Assembly (NCBI RefSeq): GCF_964355755.1
Contig: NC_092680.1
Span: 12,781,045-12,845,044, forward strand
DNA from: Antedon mediterranea
Lineage: Eukaryota > Animalia > Echinodermata
DNA length: 64,000 nt
Direction: 5' to 3'
Part shown: positions 25,705 through 36,541 of the stretch, piece by piece
Layout: each line of letters begins with the position of its first letter
How positions within the stretch are numbered: position 1 is the stretch's first letter
Position numbers and translations under genes: made by a program
Notes under the pieces: generated by a model
Seen by the model: the letters and a program-made list of their open reading frames with translations, nothing else
Database searches by the model: none
What the model was told of the DNA's origin: nothing

Positions 25705-26418
25705 CGCCGTGGTTAGGATTCCGGCACCGGAATTCAACTGCCCACCGTTAGTCCCATTCCGACACGCTATTGCGCATGCCCAGAGTGAAGTAATTATAGC
25801 TTGCACTAGTGCCACAGACCGCGCACCACCACACCACCGAGAGTCGGACGTTGTTATAAATCTATCTAAGAATCGTAATGCTGTAATTTTATTAGACAGA
25901 GGAAGTATGAAGTTCGGAACGGGAGAAAAACACAGGCCTACCATGGAGTAATTACTCCATGGGCCTACCCAGTGCAGAGAGGCATAACGCTTGCGTATTT
26001 CAAGAAATGTACGAAAGTGAATATAGCGTAGCGTTGCGACCCCGACTTCCCGAACAGTTCTGTTTTTTTCACATCATATCCGCGCGGCAGCTGCCGTCAA
26101 CAAATCAACTTGTATACGAGTGTATGTTATTACACCATAATGCGTTTATATGAAATCTTTTATTTTGTACTTGAAAATCATAAAACTAGTCATGTCATTA
26201 TATATGAATGGGGATGGGCTAGGCTAGTTCGCTTCGCCGTGGCGCAGCTATGAATTGATCCATCGCTGTTAGCAAAGATAGTGTGGTATCTTTGCTGTTA
26301 GTCTGTAGATGATAGAGTATAGAGTCGCCGATTACCTCGCTCTGGGCATGCGCAATAGCGTGTCGGATTCCCTAACGCTGGGCAGTTGAGTTCCGGTGCC
26401 GGAATCCTAACCACGGCG
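25705..26418. mobile_element. MITE with ~80-bp TIRs and a 9-bp TSD (MULE-like), copy 1
   Basis: TIRs CGCCGTGGTTAGGATTCCGGCACCGGAA.. / ..TTCCGGTGCCGGAATCCTAACCACGGCG, flanked on both sides by TAAAAATAA. Confidence 0.85.
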
Positions 26419-26519
26419 TAAAAATAATGTATTTATACTATAGTAGGTCAGGAGGAGGATTTTTTAACAAACATCATGCATGGTCATGTGGTCTACACTA
26501 CAGAAAACTTAATTTTTTT

Positions 26520-27227
26520 CACCGTGGTTAGGATTCCGGCACCGGAACTCAACTGCCCACCGTTAGGGAATCCGACACGCTATTGCGCATGCCCAGAACT
26601 CTGGGAAGTGAATTTATAGCTTGCACTATACCTCCAAAGAACTTATATAACCACACACCACACCACCGAGAGTCAGAGAGTTATAGGGATTTACTGTAGC
26701 CTAGATAGTCGTTGCGAGAGCGATGGATGAAACTTGGCCTAGGCCATACATGAATTAATAATTAAAATACGACTACGCCACGCGTTAAAATAATTATTAT
26801 TACGGGCCTATGATATTAATAAGAATCAGTATCTATCTAAGAATCGTAATGCTGTAATTAGCGTTGCGACCCCGACTTCCCGAACAGTTTTGTCACATCC
26901 ACGCGGTGGCTGCCGTCAACAAATCAACTTGTGATTGCATGTTATGTACAGTGTATAATGCGTTATATGAAATCTTTTATTTTGTAATTATATGAAGTTT
27001 ATATATGAATGAAGCAGGTATCCCTAGCCTAGTATTAAATATATTAGTGGATCCGTATTAGTAATAGTAGGCATCTAGGCTAGTTCGTTGTGGCGCATCT
27101 ATGAAATGATCCATCCCTGTTGGTAAGTATGAGTCGCCGATTACCTCGCTCTGGGCATGTGCAATAGCGTGTCAGATTTCCTAACGCAGGGCAGTTAAGT
27201 TCCGGTGCTGGAATCCTAACCACGGCG
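26520..27227. mobile_element. MITE of the same family, copy 2
   Basis: Same TIRs and homologous internal sequence as copy 1, with a different 9-bp flank (AATTTTTTT / TATTTTTTT). Confidence 0.8.
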
Positions 27228-28118
27228 TATTTTTTTTGGCTACATTTCACTGTATTCACAGCATTGATTGTCATTGATTGAAGATGAATGTGAGATGTCT
27301 TCCATCATGAAAAAGACATATATATATATATATTACATAGCCTATGTAAATACGCGAACGTGATTGGTTGAAACTGCATCACATGACTACCGCTGCGAGG
27401 ATCGTAAATCGTATATATCCTCGAGAACGATGATATTGACTGTGTAATTTTCGCGTAATAATCGTGTCCCCTGTCATTAATCATATAAATTCTCGAGTAC
27501 GATGATATTGACTGTGTAATTTTCGTGTGCAACACTCGAGTTTGCCGATAAATAAACAAAAGTCATCTACTCGATCTTGAACTCGGGTGGAATTGTCACT
27601 CCATCGCAAGACAACGTTTCATCCGCTGGGCCACGGAATTTGCTTGAAGAAATTAATCTTCTAAACTATTTAAGCTATGCATACATAGCGCCCTCATTTG
27701 TTATAGGTCCACCCTAAATGTGATGAAACACCGTTTATGATTGGTCAATACTCACGGTAGTAACCTAGTAACTAGTACGCGCTGAACATCCGGTGATTCG
27801 GCTCCTCGAAGATCGAGAAGACGACGAATTGTTTATTCGGCCTACCTGATTATAATATTATTATTAATAGGCTTATTGATGGAAATTCTTCTGTTAATTT
27901 AAACGACCTAGGCCTAAGTGAATATTTTATTGCCAAGGAATCATTAATTAGTAATTATCTGTATATTATTCTTCGCAAGGTAAGGTGTCTAGGCAGGCTT
28001 GTTTTAAATACAATACAAATAGGCCTACTATAAGGAGGCCTAGCTAGCCTACTAGCTTCACCCAACCCAGCAGACTTGTTCTTGGCTATATAATATAACA
28101 GATATTGCCTTTTATATC

Positions 28119-28262
28119 GGTTAAATATAAGATTTGACATCCCCGTGGGAATGATATTAAGTTCGAGGGAATATATATTTCCCGAAGCGCCAGCTGAGGG
28201 AAATATATATTCCCTCGAACTTAATATCATTCCCACGGGGATGTCAAATCTTATATTTAACC
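28119..28262. repeat. Perfect palindrome with 65-bp arms and a 14-nt loop (probably the end of a non-autonomous element spanning ~27320-28290)
   Basis: 28119-28183 is the exact reverse complement of 28198-28262. The loop is GAAGCGCCAGCTGA. Confidence 0.9.
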
Positions 28263-28412
28263 TCTAAGCAGTCAATATCTGTATAATATATAATATTATT
28301 AATAATCAATAATATATATTATAAAGCCTTATTATAAAAGCTAGATTACAGACTACTGTAGCTCACCAGACCAATTTGTTTTTTTTTAAATATTTATTAT
28401 CTATTTTTATAG

Positions 28413-31400
28413 ATGGCATTAGCTCCTGACACCAATGGGACTGAGTCATCTAGTCTTGTTATAACTTGTAAAGGCAATATAAATGACACTGATTTGACAG
28501 AAAAACTCCAGAAAATTAGACTTCAACTGACTGAGCTATCAGAAAGTGGTAAAGGTTTTTTATTTTATGATTTTGTATGCTCATGTAATCTATTCAATTA
28601 ATTGCTATACACTTACTGGTACTTACAATAACATGTTATACAATAATGAATTGATTCACTACCTACCAAGAAGGTATTTAAACAATAACTAACTGAGTGC
28701 TCAATGTCACAAAATGATCATAAAAAATATAGTGAAGCTGTAATTTGGTTAAACCTGTTAGCCTTTCAATCCTAAGGCCCAGGGTTTAAATGAGACTTAG
28801 TTTATAAGCACAATACATTATAAAATAGTGTATACCATCCTGTAATTGTGAGTTACTTGCTGTTGGATGTGTATGAAATAAATAAAAATTTAAAAATCAG
28901 TTTACATATCATGTGAAAGACTGATGTTAAGTTTGATTGATTATATAAAAGAAACATTATTTTGGAAAAAATGTTGATAACTGTCTGTGGTTTTTTTTTC
29001 CAGATGATGATTCACTTTCTATTTCAAAGATAGAACCATGGAATAGTGTCAGAGTGACCTTTAACATCCCACCTGAAGCAGCACAACGCCTTCAACAATT
29101 GGCACAGACTGACAGCCAAGTACTACAGAATTTAGGCATTTTATCAGTACAAATTGAGAACAATGATCAGGTTAATATTCCACCACCTCAATTGTCGTCA
29201 TCCATTTCTCATCATGTTCTACCTTTGACCTCAGTGGGACTGGGAAAATCTGTGATGTCATCAGCACCTCCTACTTCCTCTCAAATTAGAATGACAGTGG
29301 CCAATCAGCAGCAGCAGCAGGTGAACACAATAAATTTTGGTGGAATGCGTCCTAATTTCCCATGGGGCCAAGTCCAGATGCCAAGGATGCAAGGAAATCT
29401 TCCGGTTGGAATGCAAGGAAACATAACACAGGGAAATGTCCCTGCAGGAATGCAACCTGGCATCCAACCAGGGGTGCAGTTTAATTTGCAACAAGGTATT
29501 CAACAGAACATGCAAGGACAAGGAATGCATGGTAACATACAAACAGGTGGTAACATTCAACCTGGAATGTCATCTCCAAACATGCAAGGCAGCCTCCAAG
29601 GTGGGATTCCATCCAGCATTCAAACTACCATGCAGTCTGGCAGACAGTCAGCAATGCAAACAAACATACAAACTAGTGTTCAACAAGGTATGCATCCTAA
29701 TATGCAGTCAAACATGCAAGGAGGTCCTATGCCCCTGGGATTACAAGCAGCTATGCAGCCAGGAATGCAAGGAAACATGCCACCTGGATTACAAGGGAAC
29801 ATGCCACCTGGAATGCAAATGAACATGCAACCAGGAATGCAGCAAAGCATTCAAAGCGGAATGCCACCAGGAATGCAAGGAAACATACCTCCAGGATTGC
29901 AGGGTAATATGCAGCCAGGTATCCAGGGAAGTATGCAGCCAGGTATCCAGGGAGGTATGCAACCAGGTATCCAGGGAGGTATGCAACCAGGTATCCAGAG
30001 TAATATGCAGCCAGGAATCCAGGGAGGTATGCAGCCAGGAATCCAGGGAGGTATGCAGCCAGGAATCCAGGGAGGTATGCAGCCTAATATTCATGCAATG
30101 CAACAAGGAATGAATCCAAATGTACCGCCTTTCAATCAAATGCCTCAGTTCTTTTATCCAGGTGAAATTCAAAGATTTGGCCTAAATATGAGCCCACCAT
30201 CAGATATCAGACCAAAGAAAAAGAGAAGATCAAGACCAAAAGCTAAAAAGAAAGGTAGTGAGAAAGATAAGGATGAAACAGAAACTACTGATGTTCAGCC
30301 TAAACATACAGACATTTCAAAAAGTGATATGAAATCTATTGCTCCACCAATCAATCAAATGATTCCTGCAACTAACTCTGGTCACTCAGTCGCAAACCAT
30401 AATCAGCCAGTGGCAACGTCTGCGCAATTTGTTGACCAAACACAACCTACCACAACATCTAACCTGGCAGTTAAAAAGCCAGATGTGTCTATCACAAGCC
30501 CATTGTTAGTAAATCTGTTACAACGTGAAATACCTGGTACGCAGTTTCCATTCTCAAATCGTGGCGGTATTCCTACATCATTGGCCAGTACACTCCAGCA
30601 TGCTGCTATATTAAATTCTAAGAAGATGAATAATATGCCTCAATCTACATTATCTCAAGGCCTTCCCCCAATGCCTCCAGCTAGTGAAATTACCAGAATG
30701 CTACCCGAGTCTATTGGTCTCCCTCCTCTACCTACAAGTCAAGTTGTTTCTTCTATCCCATCTCATATGTCATCACCCCAATCTAACGTGTTAATGACTT
30801 CAGCTGTTCGCAGTCAAACACCAAACAGACAGCAAAACGTAAGCCAACCTGTTGCGACTCAACATTTTCAACCACACTCTGATGAAAATCAAATTAATCA
30901 ACCAACTGGAGATGGAACTCATAATCTGTTCAGTGCACAACAGAATATCCCTGCTAGTAACGCTGCTGGAGTCATGTCATTGCAACAGCCCAGTTCAGTC
31001 TTGCAGCCTGGTTTAGGTGCATCATATGGACAAATAGAGCAATGCCGTCGTACGCCAACTCCTTTGAGTAACAACATGTCGCCACCAGTAAGACTTTCAG
31101 GTATGCAATCTCCTGGACCAAATAAGTTACCGTTTGCAGCTCCTGGTATGACTAATGCAAACATACCACATGGATTACCAACGTCACTACAACAAAGTCA
31201 GGTTCCGACATCAGCAGGTCCAACAGCTGTATATCAACAAGGATTAAATCCGATGATGCAACAAGGCCAAAGACAGTTCCTTACTCCTACAACTCAAATT
31301 CGAAATCAGCTACCATTTCCTCTTCAATTACAACAACAGCAGCAGACACAACTTAATCAGTACTTTCCATCAAATATTACTCCAGGCCAAACACCTTCAA

Positions 31401-34400
31401 ATCAAGGAATTGATTTTGCACATGGTGCAAATTTCAATCCAGGAAATATGTTTCCTCAAAGACAACCAGCTCCTGGAAACTTGCCATTTAACATGGTAAA
31501 TATTCCAACCTCAAATCTTGCACAATTTAGAATGCCGTTACCAGCAGATGTATCTCATCCAGGTAATAAGGGGATGATGCCAGGACCCAGTGGAAATATG
31601 ATGCAAACACCACCAGTCGGTATGATGCCTGGAAAGTCACCGGTTCGTTACAGAGGAAATCATCAAATACCACATGCTACTCACTTGCCTCCAACAAATA
31701 TTATGTTTCCTTCCATACCAAGGTTTCCAGCAAAGCCACAAAACAATATGGTTATGCCATTTGATGAGACAACTTTAGATGGCATAAGTGATGCAGAAAA
31801 AGACTTGCTTGCAATGGCAGAGAAGGTGGCAAATGAAGCAGGAATGGAAACGAGCAACAGAATGGCAAATCTCTTCTCCAAAGACAACAAACAAACGGAA
31901 GTTATATCCAATGAAATGCTATTGAAGAAAGATCCAACCCAACTAAAAGAAATGGATTCTATTAAAGTTCCTCTTGGTGAAACGGTTAAATCTGGTGATG
32001 TTAAACAGCAGAAATCACCAGTTATACAGCTTACTAAACAGCCACATGATATGTTTATGGCTGGAGATACTCAGAATATTGCGTCATGGAGCTCAACCAT
32101 TCTTCCAATACATGGTAAAGACCGATATTCGATACACACTCACACCACTACAGGAAACGGAGATAAAAAGTTGACCTTAAAAGGGGATGAAAATAGCCAA
32201 TTTAAAACTCAAGTTTTACCTGAAGGTGGTCCTTCAAGCAACTCATTGAACTCACATCAACCGTCTTCATTCTCTCTTCCTGTAGAAGCAGCTTCAAAAT
32301 CTGGCAGTTCTCAAGGTACAGTTGGAGCTGATATGCCACCTTTTGAGACTGGTGCTCATTATGTATCAATGCCAAGTACAGAAGGACCATGTCAAAACAC
32401 AAATTTTATATCACAATATAATTCTGCAAGTGCTGTTGTTGATAAGAAACTTAACAACCCACCTGTATCAGTTGATGAGTTGCATAGAAAGAATATATTT
32501 GGTATGAATGTCAATGCACCAACTCAGAACTTAAATCAAGGTGTTGTACAAGAACAAAAGGTTTCTGATAAATCTAGTATTTTAATGCAAATGATTCATA
32601 TGGATTCGATGCGGAATAACTCTGGTATGATTAACCTAACAAGAAGTGTAAGCGAACCGGTTGGATCTCATGGAGTTCCGTCAGAGAACATAAGTGTTGA
32701 TTCAATAAAGATGCCGACTCTTGAGAGAATGACGCATGATAATGAAAATAGTTCTTTACCTCAACAGCAGGAGATTAGCAAAGATGTTGCTGAATTAAAT
32801 GCTGAGTACGTTCCCAAGACAACTGTTTCCAGTGCTTCTCAGCCTCTGATGCCACAGTTAGTTCCAAAACAGCTCCCTCAGCAGAAACAGATGTATTCAC
32901 CAAAATCGTTATTATTACCTAGCTGCATGCCTCCTCCGGGTCACGGCTCAACTGGAAATTTAACAAATTCTGAAACTCAAAAATCAGGTCAGTTTGATAA
33001 GAGAGCAAGGTCTGTATCGCCTGTTACACAGCAAGGAAGTGAGTTTCCAAGATTACCTTTAACTAGTGCGTCATTTATCAATCAGACTCCATCTCCTACT
33101 ACATCCAGTCCATCAGGCATGGGTATGAGTGCTAGTGCTCTATTAAGCTCAATTGCAAAATCAGCATACAATGCAGGCATGACACCAAGAATGCAGAGCC
33201 CATCGGAAAACAGACCTTCAACATCACAGCCAGTCGTAATACCTGCTGCAGCTACAACAAGTACACCCTCTCCAACTAATCTTCCTCTGTATGCAAACCC
33301 TTTAGGACCAGATGCTCATACCAAACCTATCACTGTTAAGGTTTCACCAGTTACTGCTCCAGAAGTTGTTAAATCAACACCTTTGCTACCTTCAGTTTTA
33401 CCAAATGTTAGTCTAGCCTCAACAGAATCTAATGTATCACCGACAGGTGATGAGCAGCCGAATTTAACACCTACAAAACCACCGGAAGTTGAACAGACAC
33501 CTGTGAAACTTCCTCAAACCACAGAAGTACCACCAGACTTGTCAGTACTGATGGAAGAAACACCTGAACAAATTGACTCCCCTAAGTTAAGTGTTCTTGC
33601 AGAACAACCAATACAACATAAAGAGAGTGACAGATCTACGTCGACTGTTGAGCGTAGTATCAGTGATGATGCAGTGAGAGAACAATTGACTGTAAAAGAA
33701 GAAATGTCGCAGCCTGATTTAACACAAAATTCGTCTTCTGTGCAATTAAAAAGAAAGTATGATGATAATACTCTTTGCGATCCGCCTCCTAAGGTGTTGA
33801 AAGTAGACAGTGAAACAAAACAAGAAGAAGACTTGAAGAAATCTGCAAATGCTGATCTAACAGACTCTGATGATCACAGGCCCTTGCCACTTCTTGTTAG
33901 AGAATCAACTATTGAAGTAGGAAATATTTCATCTGAGAAGGGCCAGACTGCTGGAGACATGTCTTTGGAATCTGAAGAAAGTTCGGTTGCAACTATGCCG
34001 ACACTACTGCCTTCAAAGGTAGAACTCATGGACATTGCTAAATGCAAAGACACTCATCAATTTCCATTTAAACTTGAAAGTGAAGCCCAGACTGCTGGTG
34101 AGGCCGCAAGTATATCTGAACCAATAACAAATCCACAAAACAGTGAAATAAAACCTACTAATCTGAAAGAGACAACAGAGGCAAAACAAGAAAGTGCACA
34201 TATAGTTAAAAAAATTGAGACTCCAACGGTTAATACATCAAAAAGTCCTCCTGACACATCTCCTGCAAGTTCTAAAGACAGCACAAAATCATCACCAGTT
34301 GAAAGAAGAACTACACCTAAAAGAAGAGCTGCAGAAGAAGCCAGCCGTCCACTGTCTGAGAGATCAACACCAAGTCGACAGTGCACCCTTCAAGTGGATG

Positions 34401-34766
34401 AGCCGCCAGCTACTCGAGCTAGAAGGGCAACACGAAACAAATCACCAGCTGATCACCCAGCACGTCTCAGAGAAAGAGAGGATTCCGGGAGCAATCGCGA
34501 CCAGCATGCAGAACAAGGAGCAGATACTGATGGACGTATGACTAGGAAGAGAAGTACAAGAATAATAGGAAAAGGTTTGTTAAACCTATTTTTTATCCTG
34601 TCTAAATATATGTTTTAAATAAAATAAATAAATACTTCTCTATAAAAAAAATTGAATATTATTTAATATTATTCACAATATTTCAGATGATGTACCAATA
34701 TCGATTTCTTATTTTAATGTTTTCTTATCTTACATTACAGGATCTAAGGATACCAAAGACAAGTAG
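28413..34766 (+). CDS. NCOA6: Nuclear receptor coactivator 6-like; coding exons 28413-28548, 29004-34574, 34741-34766
   Basis: The N-terminal domain CKGNINDTDL..KIEPWNSVRVTFNIPPEAAQRLQQLAQ..LGILSVQIE matches the conserved NCOA6 N-terminal (TRADD-N-like) region. ITSPLLVNLLQ matches the NCOA6 LXXLL-1 box. The remainder is Q/P/S-rich and disordered. Splice sites are canonical and phase-1 compatible. The last micro-exon (GSKDTKDK*) is less certain. Confidence 0.9.
29909..30076 (+). repeat. Coding tandem repeat, 7 x 24 nt, encoding MQPGIQG(G/S) in NCOA6
   Basis: Consecutive ATGCA(G/A)CCAGG(T/A)ATCCAGGGAGGT-like units, with degenerate copies upstream. Confidence 0.9.
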
Positions 34767-35646
34767 GTCCAGATGTACACTGATTCATCTGATGTAGTAC
34801 AAGTGATATTTTGTCAGGGACGGACCAATCCAGGGTTGTTTTAATGGGGGAGCGCTAAAACATAATAAATAAATATCTATCCCTGGATATGTTTTTTTGC
34901 ATATTGTTATGCTTAATAAGCTTACTTATATTTATTGCTGCATATATCAGTCTCCTTATTACTTTCTTTTTTACAAACTAATAAGGATTGTCATTTTATT
35001 TTCAATGCTGCCAAATCAATTTCCAAGCCTGTAGCCAAACGGTTTGAACAACCTACCAACCTGCCTGAAGAAATAGATACCAGTCGTGGTAATGGTAAAT
35101 GGGCATACCTTACTAGCCCAGTTTTTGATGATTTTTGCCCTTTTGTGGCTCCAGGCTTGAATGTATACTGGTTTATGTATTTAATATTTAGTAACAACAT
35201 CACAACATAATATGTATACAGTATTCATTTTGCTTAATTAACTACCTGCCAGATCTGTTTAATTTCAAATACATAATACATTTATTTTACAATCTGCTGT
35301 CAGGTTTATCTTCATTACTTTAGTTATGTTCTCACCAAAAGATAATAACTATATTAGTAATAGTTATAATATAGTTGATATTTCCCATTTCAATTGTTAT
35401 ACAAAAGTATTACATACAATACTATGAATATATTACTTTATACGTTTATCAAAATAGGGAACCTGTAACAATTTAATCTACTGTGTTTTAGCCATATTTT
35501 GTAAATAACTTTTGTACACAATGTGTAAACTCTGTAAATATTATTTTTAAAGAAATGCGAGTACTGTATAGTGATTGTTGTAAACTGCATGCAAACAATT
35601 AAATGAGACAACATGTTTCTATCTAACTTGTTTGTTGTGTTAGAAA

Positions 35647-35859
35647 AAGGCTATCTAACAACAGGACACTTAGCTCGCCTTGCCAATATATAGGAACTTG
35701 TAATTGTCCTTTGATCTTATGTCTGGCTGCGACAAATACCATCACTCAGTACTGTACTATGTACATATTCTCTGCTTAGTGATGGCTGGTATTAATGATC
35801 GCAGCCACAGATAACCCCTTTGATCTCCGGAGCTCGGCATACTGTTGTTAGATTGCCTT
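35647..35859. mobile_element. Degenerate palindromic MITE (~210 bp)
   Basis: Termini AAGGCTATCTAACAACAG.. / ..CTGTTGTTAGATTGCCTT, plus internal inverted segments (TGGCTGCGA / TCGCAGCCA). Confidence 0.6.
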
Positions 35860-36541
35860 GGTTTAAAGACTGTGTTGTGATTTCATATCATTTCCCTGAA
35901 ATCTGCTGCATGTGTCTGAGAAGATTGACGTAGGAAAACTATTTTTCCATACATTGGTCCCAGTCATGATTACGAACAGGATTGTTATAATAAAGAAATC
36001 CGTCTTGAAGAAGAAAAAAAAGGCAAGATGACCAGTTAGCTCAGACGACTGGGCGTCGTGAAACACGAATGCTGTGGGTTCGCTTCCCACACTGGTCGGT
36101 GGAATAGAGTTAAAGGTATGCGGCTGTGTTTGGGGTTCACAGAGTTATACGCCCTTTCCACCATACATCATGAGGCAACAACATCAATGCATCTGATGAT
36201 GTGCTGGAAACGACCCCAAAAGGCTGTACAGGGCCTTAGTGCTGATGCAAGGAGAGCACACTTTAACATCTTTTTTTTTTCTGTCCACCAACATCCCTAC
36301 TGCTGCAGCTGTGTATTTGATCTCATAAATTTTATGTTTAGCGCCCTCAATTTATCATCACCGCGCTCGAGTAGTTGTGTGTGTTTGTCTCGATATTGTC
36401 GTGTGTACGTGTATGTTTACCACACACACACAGGCGCGGCGGCGGACGCGTTGGGCAAGTTCTCAAATATTCAATGAATGAGTGCATAACGAGATGTATT
36501 GAAACTTGTAACTGAGCTAAAATACAATTTCTTGTTTAGAA

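Noticed and set aside
25654-27274. ORFs containing VRIPAPE(F/L)NCP
   Set aside because: They derive from MITE TIR sequence.
29261-34541. Overlapping alternative-frame and antisense ORFs within NCOA6 (e.g. the SWLHTSLD repeat ORF at 29789-30172)
   Set aside because: They are shadows of the repetitive, stop-poor sense coding sequence, with no independent evidence.
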